Source of the DNA: Fervidobacterium sp. | GTDB lineage: Bacteria > Thermotogota > Thermotogae > Thermotogales > Fervidobacteriaceae | Length of the DNA stretch: 64,000 nucleotides | NCBI GenBank assembly: GCA_049970055.1 | Contig: JBMFNR010000002.1 | Span: 52,406 to 116,405, forward strand | Reading direction: 5' to 3' | Part shown: piece by piece, positions 8,965-18,664 of the stretch | Position numbering within the stretch: position 1 is the stretch's first letter | Layout of the letters: each line of letters opens with the position of its first letter | Made by a program: the position numbers and the translations under genes | The notes under the pieces: generated by a model | Seen by the model: only the letters and a program-made list of their open reading frames with translations | Told to the model about the DNA's origin: nothing | Database searches by the model: none

Positions 8965-9717
8965 TCATCCTCCAATCTTTATTTTTTCAAATCGCTTTAT
9001 AATAACAGAGGCAAGAGAGAGTGCGGCCAAATAACTCGTTTTGGGATTTGGTGAAGGTTTGTTTTTGTGCACAATCGTATAATCTCCAACACTAGAATGA
9101 ACACTAATTTCATGTATATTCTCGTTCGCACTTGGATCTGCAACAATTTCTACTAAAACTTTTTCAAAGTTGCCAACCGCAAAAGAAAGCGTTACTGCTA
9201 CGTTGATGTTCTGTGGAAATTGCAAAATAGCTTCCCTCGCATTCCCTGAAAAAACAATCCTAGGCTCGAGAAGCGTATCTATTCCGAACGCTTTTGGTGG
9301 CTTTTTTGTGGTTAGCTTAACAGCTGAAATATAATTTCTTATTGCATAGATTATATCGATTCCTCCTATTGCTCCTGATGGTAGGAAGATACGTGATTTT
9401 GAAGCGCGAGATTTATCCAAAATCTCATGGAAAAATTTCTCATCCGCAAAAGCTCCTGTACTTATAACGAAAAAATCTTTTCCTGAATTCAAAACATCCA
9501 GTGCATATTCCTTTACAGCCTCGACGGAAGCACATTCGACAACGATATCCGCTTCAGCCGGGATAGAAAATTGTTCAATATATATACACTTAACCTTGCT
9601 CAAATTAGAAATATCTGTCGGATGAACATCAAAATACCAACACTTCTCTATATACTCCGAAAGTTCATTTAGAACTATCTTAGCAATATTTCCACCGCCA
9701 ATAAACAACACCTTCAT
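8965..9717 (-). CDS. nadX: L-aspartate dehydrogenase
   Basis: Rossmann GGGNIA, VECAS, SGAIGGID, FPQNINVA and NPKTS motifs; first gene of the nad operon. Confidence 0.92.
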   Translation of the reverse strand: MKVLFIGGGNIAKIVLNELSEYIEKCWYFDVHPTDISNLSKVKCIYIEQFSIPAEADIVVECASVEAVKEYALDVLNSGKDFFVISTGAFADEKFFHEILDKSRASKSRIFLPSGAIGGIDIIYAIRNYISAVKLTTKKPPKAFGIDTLLEPRIVFSGNAREAILQFPQNINVAVTLSFAVGNFEKVLVEIVADPSANENIHEISVHSSVGDYTIVHKNKPSPNPKTSYLAALSLASVIIKRFEKIKIGG

Positions 9718-9768
9718 TTGAATCCCTCCAACATAATCTATTATAGTTACTGTGCATGGCTTAACAAT

Positions 9769-9797
9769 ATTTTACTGTATGTGTTTTTATTTGTCAA
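9769..9797 (-). promoter_or_regulatory. Promoter of nadXAC
   Basis: TTGACA-N17-TAAAAT on the minus strand. Confidence 0.7.
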
Positions 9798-9912
9798 ACA
9801 ATGGAAAGTAAAAAATAAAAAAACTCGCTCAGAAAAATACAAGCGAGCTTTCGATTTTACATTAAGAGGCCTATTCTTACACGTGATCTTTTTGATAATT
9901 CTCTCATTTACA

Positions 9913-11508
9913 TTAAATCTTTGACATTTCGGAAATTATATTACTAAAGAATTGGACTGTTCTTTTGAGTTTATCATCTTTGATGTTTTCCAACTCTTCA
10001 TTCGATGGATTGTAACCTGTCGCTTTTAGTAGATTCAGTGTAAATTCGTCATAATAATCACATTTTGCATCGAAGAAATCGTCCATTGGCTTTTCGAGTA
10101 GTTCGATCAGTTTGACTGAGAAATGGAAGTGTAAATCTTCTATTTCCTGATGTACTTCTTCCAAAAAGTAATCGATGTTTGTCTGACCGGAAAGAATGTA
10201 TTGGTACAATCTTAGTATAGTCGTTGTACAAGCTATCGGTAACCCCGAGCCCATTGTGGCAATTGTGAGGATTGTTGCGTTTTTCTCCATGATGATAGGA
10301 TCCGTACCTGCAATGTACATACCAGCGAATATATATGGGAAGTGCTCAGTTCTCGGACTGTGATTATCAAATGGGGTCATATTTATCGACGTTAGCTTTA
10401 AAAACTCGTCTATAAGTATGTTGCCATAATCATCTGTTGATTGGATGATCACATCTAAATGTCCTTCAAACGGAAATTGCACTTTTTCTAGCTCCTTTTC
10501 CGCTTTTCTCATTTCGTTTTGGTATTCACTTTCAAAATTTTTCTTACCTACGAAAAACTGAATTCGTTCAAAATTTTCTGGAAATTCGTCTTGTACTTTT
10601 TCGAAAGTTTCGTAAGCTTCCTCATAGAGTCCAAGCCTTCTTTGGATTATACCAAGCTCGTTCAAAACTTCGGGAGATTGCACATCCTTTGTCAAATCAA
10701 GCAAAATTCTGTAAGCTTCCATATGCTTACCGAGTTTGGTCAATGTGTAGGCAAGATTATACAAAATCTCCGGTTTTTTCTCAATATTCAAAGCTTCTTT
10801 AAAAATGTCTTCAGCTTTATCGAATTGTTGCCTGAGGTTGTAAAGTATACCAAGCCTTAAGTGCGCTTCCGGTATAGGTTCGATTTCAAGTCCTTCTTTA
10901 GTTGCATACTGGTGCAAATTATCACGGTTAACTATCGATCTGTAAACCACCTCGGCATCGTTGAGTTGGTTAAGTTCCATGTAAATGTCACCGATTTTCA
11001 GTAGTGGCAACAAGAAATTATTGTCAAGCTCATAAGCTTTTTTGTAGGTTTCAACAGCCTCTTCGTAGTCTTTCCGGGCAAAAAGTACATTCCCAAGTTC
11101 GTAGTATGCCAAAGCGAAATCGGGGTTAAGTGCGAGTGATTGCTTAAACTCAATTTCAGAAAGTTCATAATTACCAAGTTTTGCCTGCAAAAGTGCATTG
11201 TAGAAATGGTACCGGTAATCGTAATGGAGCTCTTTAATCTTTGCTAAAAGCTGCTCTGCTTCAACAAAGTTTTTTTCGTTCAGCAAAGTTTTGAATTTCT
11301 CATAGTAAAAATACACAAGGTATGAAAGCCAGTAATCGCTTTTCTCAACACTGTATTGTTCCTCAAGACCTCTGAGGATGACATCAAGTGGTATACTATC
11401 CCACTCAGTAATCAGTGGCAAATCTTCAGCTAAAACTGGTAATTTGACAGGTAAATTCAAACGTTTCGCAACATCAACTTTGATCGGCAAATATACTAAT
11501 ACTTTTAT
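9913..11508 (-). CDS. TPR-repeat protein
   Basis: Several TPR repeats (ALAYYELGNVLF..YEEAVETYKKAYEL); start probably the non-canonical ATA at 11508 (alternative TTG at 11490). Confidence 0.85.
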   Translation of the reverse strand: MKVLVYLPIKVDVAKRLNLPVKLPVLAEDLPLITEWDSIPLDVILRGLEEQYSVEKSDYWLSYLVYFYYEKFKTLLNEKNFVEAEQLLAKIKELHYDYRYHFYNALLQAKLGNYELSEIEFKQSLALNPDFALAYYELGNVLFARKDYEEAVETYKKAYELDNNFLLPLLKIGDIYMELNQLNDAEVVYRSIVNRDNLHQYATKEGLEIEPIPEAHLRLGILYNLRQQFDKAEDIFKEALNIEKKPEILYNLAYTLTKLGKHMEAYRILLDLTKDVQSPEVLNELGIIQRRLGLYEEAYETFEKVQDEFPENFERIQFFVGKKNFESEYQNEMRKAEKELEKVQFPFEGHLDVIIQSTDDYGNILIDEFLKLTSINMTPFDNHSPRTEHFPYIFAGMYIAGTDPIIMEKNATILTIATMGSGLPIACTTTILRLYQYILSGQTNIDYFLEEVHQEIEDLHFHFSVKLIELLEKPMDDFFDAKCDYYDEFTLNLLKATGYNPSNEELENIKDDKLKRTVQFFSNIISEMSKI

Positions 11509-11693
11509 AATCTCGCCTCCTCTGTACGTGTCTTTATTTTTTTCTTCTTTTTCATATTGATAATTGTATACTTTAAATTAAAAATTTCAAGTTGTGCTTT
11601 TTTACTGTCTTTTTTACTGTATTAGACAAAAAGTGTATTTTGTGGTAAACTATGTTGGGGACATACGAAATCCATTTTTGGAGGTGAAAGTGT

Positions 11694-12968
11694 ATGGTCA
11701 CTTTGGATAACGTGATTGAAGAAAAGATAGCTCCTTCTTATCAGAAAAAGATGCTCTGGCTTACTTCGCTGATATGGATGTTCGATGCTGCAGGCGTATT
11801 AGTTCTGTCATTTACGTTGCCATCCATTTCAAAGGAATGGAACATCGACATTTCAGCTTCTGCAAACATTATTAGTTCAACGTTCTTAGGTATGTTAATT
11901 GGTGCATTAAGTGTGGGATTTGTTTCTGATATATTTGGAAGGAAGGTATCTAATGTACTTTACTTTTTATTTACCATTGTTTTCACAACATTGCTCGGCT
12001 TTACGACCAATTCAATTACGTTCACGATGTTCCGCTTACTTGCGGGGATAGGTTATGGTGGATTAATGCCTTCAGTCAACGCATATCTTGCCGAATTCAC
12101 AGGGAAGGAACTACGAGGTGCTTACCTTGTCTTGCTTGAAGCAAGTTGGGCAATCGGAAGTATAATCATTGGACTTGTGGCCGTGCTGACTGTAAATATT
12201 TCATGGAGGATAAGTTATTATGCATTTCTTTCCGGATTTTTATTCTTACCAGTTTTGATTAAACTTCCGGAATCTCCAAGATTCATATTTAAAAAGTATG
12301 GAAGAACTAACTTAGAAAAGGCATTCTCAATATCTATAAACGACACAATCGAACAGATTCCAAGCTCAAAAGTAGGGATAATCGATATACTCAGAGGTCC
12401 ATACCTGAAAAAAACTGTTATGATCTGGGTGCAATGGTTTACGGTGAGCTTTGTTTACTACACATTATTTTCCTGGGCACCAAAGATATTTGCAACGCAA
12501 GGCATTAGCGCAACGAAATCACTATGGTTTACATTTTTCATGATGGTTGCACAATTGCCTGGTTACCTCTCGGCTGCATATTCTATCGAAAAAATAGGCA
12601 GGAAAAAATCGATGGTTGTATACACAATTGGTATGGGTATTTCAGCGATTCTTTGGGCATTCGTAAGTTCAACATTTCAGCTCATATTTATTGCGCTTCT
12701 TCTCTCGTTCTTCACACTCGGAGTCTGGGGGCTTGTCTATGCTTACACACCGGAACTTTATCCAACAACGATGAGGGGAACGGGAAATGGAATGGCTGGT
12801 GTGATTGCAAGAATAGCGGGTATATTGGCCCCGCAGTATGGTGGTTTCATGCTTGCCAACAACAGACCACTTATCGAAATCTTTGGCTATCTATCGTTGC
12901 TTTCATTTATAGCTATGATTGTCGTTGCTACCATGGGCGTCGAAACAAAGCAAAAAGAGATATTTTAA
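11694..12968 (+). CDS. MFS transporter, NiaP/YceI-like (possible niacin transporter)
   Basis: About 12 TM helices; SDIFGRK, LPESPR and YAYTPELYPTTMRG motifs; close to the nad operon. Confidence 0.8.
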   Translation: MVTLDNVIEEKIAPSYQKKMLWLTSLIWMFDAAGVLVLSFTLPSISKEWNIDISASANIISSTFLGMLIGALSVGFVSDIFGRKVSNVLYFLFTIVFTTLLGFTTNSITFTMFRLLAGIGYGGLMPSVNAYLAEFTGKELRGAYLVLLEASWAIGSIIIGLVAVLTVNISWRISYYAFLSGFLFLPVLIKLPESPRFIFKKYGRTNLEKAFSISINDTIEQIPSSKVGIIDILRGPYLKKTVMIWVQWFTVSFVYYTLFSWAPKIFATQGISATKSLWFTFFMMVAQLPGYLSAAYSIEKIGRKKSMVVYTIGMGISAILWAFVSSTFQLIFIALLLSFFTLGVWGLVYAYTPELYPTTMRGTGNGMAGVIARIAGILAPQYGGFMLANNRPLIEIFGYLSLLSFIAMIVVATMGVETKQKEIF

Positions 12969-13019
12969 ATCAGATTCAAGTCTCATAAAATTGTACGCAA
13001 ATAAAAAGCATACTCTTTC

Positions 13020-13048
13020 TTGATTTTGGTTGTTTGCAATGGTAAAAT
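13020..13048 (+). promoter_or_regulatory. Promoter of the rib leader
   Basis: TTGATT-N17-TAAAAT with TG extension, just upstream of the FMN aptamer. Confidence 0.6.
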
Positions 13049-13054
13049 AATCAT

Positions 13055-13178
13055 GTGCTCTCGGGGCAGGGTGAAATTCCCGACCGGCGGTGAAAGTCCG
13101 CGAGCCCTTCAAGTTTTTGAAGGGTTGATCCGGTGAAATTCCGGAACCGACGGTGAAAGTCCGGATGGGAGAGAGTAC
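13055..13178 (+). ncRNA. FMN riboswitch (RFN element)
   Basis: GGGGCAGGGTGAAATTCCCGACCGGCGGT..AGTCCGCGA..GATCCGGTGAAATTCCGGAACCGACGGT..AGTCCGGATGGGAGA; precedes the rib operon. Confidence 0.96.
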
Positions 13179-13238
13179 GATGTGCAATGTGTGCCGTTTT
13201 ATTATTGTCTGTTTCAGTATAATAAACAGCTTGATAAT

Positions 13239-13270
13239 AAGCCCCGAGAGTTTTCTCGGGGCTTTTTGTT
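13239..13270 (+). terminator. FMN riboswitch terminator
   Basis: AAGCCCCGAGA-gttt-TCTCGGGGCTT followed by a T tract. Confidence 0.88.
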
Positions 13271-13303
13271 TATTTTGTTTATTTCAAAGCGAGGTGAAAG
13301 TTA

Positions 13304-14425
13304 ATGATTGAAATTGGGGAAAAGAAAATTCATGAAAGGTATATGAAGATGGCAATAAAACTTGCGAAAAAAGGAATTGGTTTGGTTAATCCCAATCCAC
13401 CTGTTGGTGCTGTGATTGTTAAAGAGGGAAAAGTGATAAGTGCAGGGTACCATAAAAAATATGGCGGGTATCATGCGGAAAGAAATGCTATATTGTCCGC
13501 CTGGAGCAAGGGAATAGCACTTAACGGTGCAACGATGTACGTAACGTTGGAACCATGCGATCATTACGGTAAGACGCCACCATGTACGGACTTGATCATC
13601 GAAGCTGGTATAAAACAAGTATACGTAGCTTGCAAAGATCCAAATCCCGTTAGTGGTAACGGAATTGAGAAGTTGAAAAAGAATGGTATTGAGGTTCATG
13701 TTGGTATTTTGGAGAGTGAAGCACGAGAGCTTGCTAAGTTTTTCTTTAAGTCAGTTGAAAGTGGAATTCCATACGTCACGCTAAAGTATGCTGCAACACT
13801 CGATGGAAAAATTGCAGACAGCAGCAGTAATTCAAAGTGGATTACGAATGAGCTTAGAAATGTTGTTCACAAGTTAAGGCATGCACATATGGCCGTACTT
13901 GTGGGGGCAAGAACTGTTCTGGTAGATAATCCGATGTTGAATGTAAGGCTTAATGGAAAATACAAAGATCCAGTAAAGATCATTCTAGACAAGAATGGAT
14001 CGGTATTTGATAGGCTGTTTAATCATCTGAATGATTTAAACGCTTTTCGGAGTGGTAAGGTTATTGTTTTTACTGAACGAGACTTGCCCGATGATGTTAT
14101 TAGTAATTTTAGTCATGTCAAGGTATACAAGGAAAGTGAACCGCTGCAAATTTTAAGGGTATTACACGATCTGGAAGGTATTGATTCTATATTGCTTGAA
14201 GGTGGTGCAACGATTTTCAGTCAATTTTTACCTTACGCGGACGAAATTTACGGATTTTACGGCTTGAATATTTTTGGGAAAGGGCTTGGAACATTCGAAT
14301 ATGTTACAAGATATGTAACTGAGAAACTCGATTTTTCAATTCAGAAAGTTTTCGTGGCAAAGAATAGGAGAGAATTTGCGGTGGTGATGAGACGTGTTTA
14401 CCGGGATAATTCAAAGAGTTGCTAA
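13304..14425 (+). CDS. ribD: Riboflavin biosynthesis deaminase/reductase
   Basis: NPPVGAV, HAE, TLEPCDHYGKTPPC, TLDGKIA and EGG motifs. Confidence 0.95.
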   Translation: MIEIGEKKIHERYMKMAIKLAKKGIGLVNPNPPVGAVIVKEGKVISAGYHKKYGGYHAERNAILSAWSKGIALNGATMYVTLEPCDHYGKTPPCTDLIIEAGIKQVYVACKDPNPVSGNGIEKLKKNGIEVHVGILESEARELAKFFFKSVESGIPYVTLKYAATLDGKIADSSSNSKWITNELRNVVHKLRHAHMAVLVGARTVLVDNPMLNVRLNGKYKDPVKIILDKNGSVFDRLFNHLNDLNAFRSGKVIVFTERDLPDDVISNFSHVKVYKESEPLQILRVLHDLEGIDSILLEGGATIFSQFLPYADEIYGFYGLNIFGKGLGTFEYVTRYVTEKLDFSIQKVFVAKNRREFAVVMRRVYRDNSKSC

Positions 14426-14972
14426 AGGAAGTTTAGTTAAAGGCAAGTTAAAGCTAGAGCGCTGTTGGGATGATCTGCAAATAGGAGAGAGTATTGCTGT
14501 TAACGGTGTGTGCTTGACGCTCACAGATTATGATAATAAATTCATGTACTTCGACGTTGGTGTAGAGACATTGAAGGTAACCAATTTGAGATTTGAAAGT
14601 TTTTTTAACCTTGAGCGAGCGCTAAAACTCGGGGAGTCGATATCTGGACACTTTGTAAGTGGACATGTTGACGGAATGATCCGGTTGATTACAAAAAACG
14701 TAGTGGAAAACTCTCTGTATTTAACATTTTCAACACCGCAAGAACGGTGGGGTGTGGTAAGGAAAGGATCAATTGCTTTGAATGGCGTCAGTTTAACCAT
14801 TGCGAATGTTTCCATCGATACATTTACGGTCCAGTTAATACCACACACATTGGAAAATACTACTTTTAAGTTCATTAAAGTTGGTACTTTAGTCAACTAT
14901 GAAATTGACGTGCTTGCAAGGTATGTACATGGGATAATTAAGAAGAAAGAAAGGATGTGGTTAGATGAATAG
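14394..14972 (+). CDS. ribE: Riboflavin synthase (alpha)
   Basis: MFTGII, NGVCLT, GHFVSGHVDG and NGVSLT motifs. Confidence 0.95.
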   Translation: MFTGIIQRVAKGSLVKGKLKLERCWDDLQIGESIAVNGVCLTLTDYDNKFMYFDVGVETLKVTNLRFESFFNLERALKLGESISGHFVSGHVDGMIRLITKNVVENSLYLTFSTPQERWGVVRKGSIALNGVSLTIANVSIDTFTVQLIPHTLENTTFKFIKVGTLVNYEIDVLARYVHGIIKKKERMWLDE

Positions 14973-16137
14973 CGTAAACAACTTCAGGGAATATTTTTTA
15001 AGTGGTAAGCCGCTAATATTAATCGACGAGGAACGGGAAAAAGAGGGGGATTTTGTCTTTCCAGCACAGCTTGTTACACCTGAGATCTTAGAGTTTTTAA
15101 TAGAATTCGGTAAAGGGTTATTGTGCGTAGTGGGACCTGAGAAAGAGCTTTTAAAAAGAGGATTTTTCAAATTACCTACAAATCATGGAGCAAATTATTT
15201 TGTGCCTATCGATTTTGGAAATGGTACAGGTATAAGTGCAAGCGAACGTGCAAAGACGTGTGTAAATCTTTCAAACGAGGAGTTAAGTATAAGTAATTTT
15301 CGCTATCCTGGGCATGTTACTCTGATAGGCGCTCAGGAATTTCCTAAAAGAAAGGGGCATAGTGAATCTTCTGTTGAGTTAGTGAGAATGTGTGGTTTCA
15401 AACCTTATTCTGTGATTATAGAGATCCTCGATGAAAATGGTGATTCACACAATTTCGGATATTTGTACGATCTTGCAAGGCGATTTGAGCTTGAGATCAT
15501 GACAATTAAGAATGTCTGGAAACTTTTTGTGAGGAATAATCAATTGATGAACGTAAGAGCACGTGCAAAGTTACCAACTGAACATGGATTTTTCGAGATC
15601 GTTTCTTTTGAAAATTATCTCGACTACAAGGAGCATTTTGCATTGGTGAAACAATGGAATGGAGTACCCGTTGTGAGAGTCCACTCCGAGTGTGTAACTG
15701 GTGATTGTTTGTCTTCGCTGCGGTGTGATTGTGGTTCACAACTTTCAAAAGCTCTACAGATCATTGATAAGGAAGGTGGGATTCTCCTTTACCTTAGGCA
15801 AGAGGGAAGAGATATAGGCCTAAGTGCAAAGGTCCATGCGTACAAACTTCAAGATGAGGGGTACGACACATATGAAGCGAATGTCAAGCTTGGTTTCAAT
15901 CCTGATCAAAGAGATTACGCTGTGGCAAGTCAGATGCTAAGGGCACTCGGCGTGGACGAAGTAAAGCTTTTGACGAACAATCCAAGTAAAGTTAGAGAAC
16001 TTGAAAGTTACGGTATCGAGGTTGTCGAAGTTATAAAGTTGCAAGGGAATATTACAAAGTTCAATTTAGGTTACTTAAAAACCAAAGCAGAAAAGTTCGG
16101 ACATGTGATAGAAATGAAAGGAGAGATGGACAGATGA
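14965..16137 (+). CDS. ribBA: Bifunctional DHBP synthase / GTP cyclohydrolase II
   Basis: DEEREKEGD, PGH, RVHSECVTGD..SLRCDCG, QEGR and LLTNNP motifs. Confidence 0.94.
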   Translation: MNSVNNFREYFLSGKPLILIDEEREKEGDFVFPAQLVTPEILEFLIEFGKGLLCVVGPEKELLKRGFFKLPTNHGANYFVPIDFGNGTGISASERAKTCVNLSNEELSISNFRYPGHVTLIGAQEFPKRKGHSESSVELVRMCGFKPYSVIIEILDENGDSHNFGYLYDLARRFELEIMTIKNVWKLFVRNNQLMNVRARAKLPTEHGFFEIVSFENYLDYKEHFALVKQWNGVPVVRVHSECVTGDCLSSLRCDCGSQLSKALQIIDKEGGILLYLRQEGRDIGLSAKVHAYKLQDEGYDTYEANVKLGFNPDQRDYAVASQMLRALGVDEVKLLTNNPSKVRELESYGIEVVEVIKLQGNITKFNLGYLKTKAEKFGHVIEMKGEMDR

Positions 16138-16616
16138 GGTCTGTGGAAGGTGGATTTTTGGGCGAGGGTTTGAGAATTGGAATTATTGTGTCAAGGTTCA
16201 ATAGTACGGTAACTGAAAAACTCTTAGAAGGTGCAGTTGATTGTTTGGTCAGACACGGTGTAAAGCAAAGCGATATAGAAGTTGTTCGAGTTCCGGGGAG
16301 CATGGAGGTAGCGTATGCAATCAATTTAATGACAAAACAAAAAAATAGATATGACGGGATCATTGTTCTTGCAGCGGTTATCCAAGGTGAGACTTACCAT
16401 TTCAATGTGGTAGCAAATGAGATAGGTAAGGTCGTTGCACAATTCAACATGTCTTCGGAAATTCCCATTACGTTTGGAGTACTCACTACAGAAACGGTAG
16501 AGCAAGCGCTTAATAGAGCAGGAATTAAGAGTGGTAACAAAGGCTTTGAAGCTTCGATGGCCTTACTTGAGATGGTGAATTTAAAGAAAGCCTTTGAAAA
16601 GCAGCAAGAACAATAA
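16134..16616 (+). CDS. ribH: Lumazine synthase
   Basis: VSRFN, VPGSME, GETYHF and GNKG motifs. Confidence 0.95.
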   Translation: MRSVEGGFLGEGLRIGIIVSRFNSTVTEKLLEGAVDCLVRHGVKQSDIEVVRVPGSMEVAYAINLMTKQKNRYDGIIVLAAVIQGETYHFNVVANEIGKVVAQFNMSSEIPITFGVLTTETVEQALNRAGIKSGNKGFEASMALLEMVNLKKAFEKQQEQ

Positions 16617-16627
16617 AAATAAAAACT

Positions 16628-16660
16628 ACAAATGTCGGTGTTCTCACACCGACATTTTGT
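16628..16660. terminator. Bidirectional terminator between the rib and thi operons
   Basis: AAATGTCGGTGT-tctc-ACACCGACATTT. Confidence 0.85.
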
Positions 16661-17878
16661 TTAACTTATTATCTTCTTGATTTTCTCGATGACTTCTCGC
16701 GGGTTTCTTCCAAAGACTCTGATCATAGCTTCTTTACCGTACCAACCGTCGTCGTATATGATATCTGGGCATTGACCAACTTTTTCCACCGCATATTTTA
16801 TCATCCATTGCATTGAACTTCCATCTTCTTGACTGACACTTTCCGGTTCCAAGCTTCTATCGTATTTGAAAACTTTTAGACCATTATTGATTGCGTTTTG
16901 TATGTACTGCTCAGAATATCTTACGTTACTCACGCAACGGATATGCGGAAAGAATGATTTTATTGCTATCGTCATTCTGGCTGTGTGAGATTTGTCTTTG
17001 AAAGATGCATCCGAAACAAATGCTGGCCTTCCTTCCTTTAGTCTTATTCTACCGGGGAATTTTGCCACTTGCTCTTCTTTTTCTGACCAAGGCAGTGCAA
17101 ATGACACATTTTGACCAACTTCTGGGACTGTTAAATATCCGATTTTTTCGATCTCGGGCTTTATATTCTCAAGTTGACTTAATACATCATACTTCATCCA
17201 TTCACGTGCTAATTTTTCACTTTGCACCTGCTGAATTTCTGTGCTTCTTTCAAGGATTTTAGTCATAATTTCCATAGCGGATCTGATCGCCTCTGGTACT
17301 GGATATTTAAACGATAAAAATCCTGTAAGCAAACTTGAGAAAGCGCAACCAGTACCATGAAATGAGCTACCTTTGTCAGTTACGATCCTTTTTGTGAAAT
17401 ATTCATTGGCTCCCCATGTAACTTTTATGTACTCCCCTTCGGTGTGACCGTTTGTGATGATGAATTTCTCTGAAGGCTTTACGCCGAGTTCTTCTGCTTC
17501 TTTGTTATTTAAAACAACGTAATCTGCATAGTCAAGATGTTCTCTGACGATCTCTCTTTGTTCAAATTCGTAACCTGAACTTGCCTTCAATACTATATTC
17601 CAAATGATTAGTGCGTCAGGGTATTTCTCACGCACAAGTTTTACCATTTCGGGTGATATGAGACCAATTTTGATGTAATTTGGTTTCGGGAGAGCCGTTA
17701 ATTCCAAATCTATCTCTTCCCACTTCCTGAATTTTGCCAAGAAAACTTTCTCTGTATTTTGGACCGTGTATGCGCTCACAACTCCGATGGCTGTTATTCC
17801 CAACAGTGATAACGATTTTATATCCTGAAGCATTCCTGCACCTGCCGATGGGTCAAAGCCAGAGATGACAAGTACCAT
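16661..17878 (-). CDS. thiDN: HMP/HMP-P kinase fused to ThiN-type thiamine-phosphate synthase
   Basis: N-terminal GFDPSAGAGMLQD and HGTGC (ThiD); C-terminal PEVGQN, FPGRI, SHTAR and GKEAMIRVFG (ThiN). Confidence 0.9.
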   Translation of the reverse strand: MVLVISGFDPSAGAGMLQDIKSLSLLGITAIGVVSAYTVQNTEKVFLAKFRKWEEIDLELTALPKPNYIKIGLISPEMVKLVREKYPDALIIWNIVLKASSGYEFEQREIVREHLDYADYVVLNNKEAEELGVKPSEKFIITNGHTEGEYIKVTWGANEYFTKRIVTDKGSSFHGTGCAFSSLLTGFLSFKYPVPEAIRSAMEIMTKILERSTEIQQVQSEKLAREWMKYDVLSQLENIKPEIEKIGYLTVPEVGQNVSFALPWSEKEEQVAKFPGRIRLKEGRPAFVSDASFKDKSHTARMTIAIKSFFPHIRCVSNVRYSEQYIQNAINNGLKVFKYDRSLEPESVSQEDGSSMQWMIKYAVEKVGQCPDIIYDDGWYGKEAMIRVFGRNPREVIEKIKKIIS

Positions 17879-18646
17879 TTACAACGCCTCCCAGAATTCT
17901 AAAAGTTTACTCATATCCTCAGGACAATCATTAGATGGTTCGATTACAATGTCTATGTCTGTGTCTTTAATCTCTCTTAACATGTCTAAAATCTTTTTGA
18001 AATTGTAAGAATCCCCCCACGGCGAATGGTGACACTCACCATATGTTTCGATATCCGCGTAATAAAGATGGTACTCTTTCGTATAATCACATGTCTTTTC
18101 TATAAAACCTATGGGATCTATTTGGTAATATTCTGAATCAATCAATAAATGTCCGATATCGACACAAAGTTTCACTCCAGTCTGATTTGAAATCCATACA
18201 TAGTCTTCCGGTTTGTGAAAATACTCGTTAAGGTACACATTTTCTATCCTTGTTTCGATAATTTGGTTCATCCGAGCTATATGTCTGATCGCTTCGTTAA
18301 TTATGTTTGTCTTTCTCCAATCGTCAAATTGTCTCGCACCTGGAAAGTGAATTATTACGTATTGAGCACCAATTCGACTTGCAAGCTTTGCGCACGCTAA
18401 ATTCGTGTTGTAAGTGTTCAACCGCTTCGAAGGTTCCAAGGCTGTCGGAAATGGGTGCGTGTATTTGTATCTGTATACAAAGGGTGAATGCACGCCAAAT
18501 GTCGCGTTTTTTAATTTCAAGTAATTGAGTACAACCTCCAAGTCATGTGGCTTGAAAAACGTAAGTTCGTAATGTGTTGAGTTTGGTAATGTATGTAACT
18601 TTTCCACATTTGCCCTTATTATGCTCGTTGATATACCCCTTCTCAT
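17879..18646 (-). CDS. Xylose-isomerase/AP-endonuclease-2-like TIM-barrel protein of unknown function
   Basis: VHSP, IIHFPG, IENV, CVDIGH, YHL, HH and VIE metal-ligand pattern; inside the thi operon. Confidence 0.8.
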   Translation of the reverse strand: MRRGISTSIIRANVEKLHTLPNSTHYELTFFKPHDLEVVLNYLKLKNATFGVHSPFVYRYKYTHPFPTALEPSKRLNTYNTNLACAKLASRIGAQYVIIHFPGARQFDDWRKTNIINEAIRHIARMNQIIETRIENVYLNEYFHKPEDYVWISNQTGVKLCVDIGHLLIDSEYYQIDPIGFIEKTCDYTKEYHLYYADIETYGECHHSPWGDSYNFKKILDMLREIKDTDIDIVIEPSNDCPEDMSKLLEFWEAL

Positions 18647-18664
18647 ATCCTTCTCTGATCATTC

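Noticed and set aside
12903..13187. 94-aa minus-strand ORF
   Set aside because: Antisense to the FMN riboswitch; open only because of the structured GC-rich RNA
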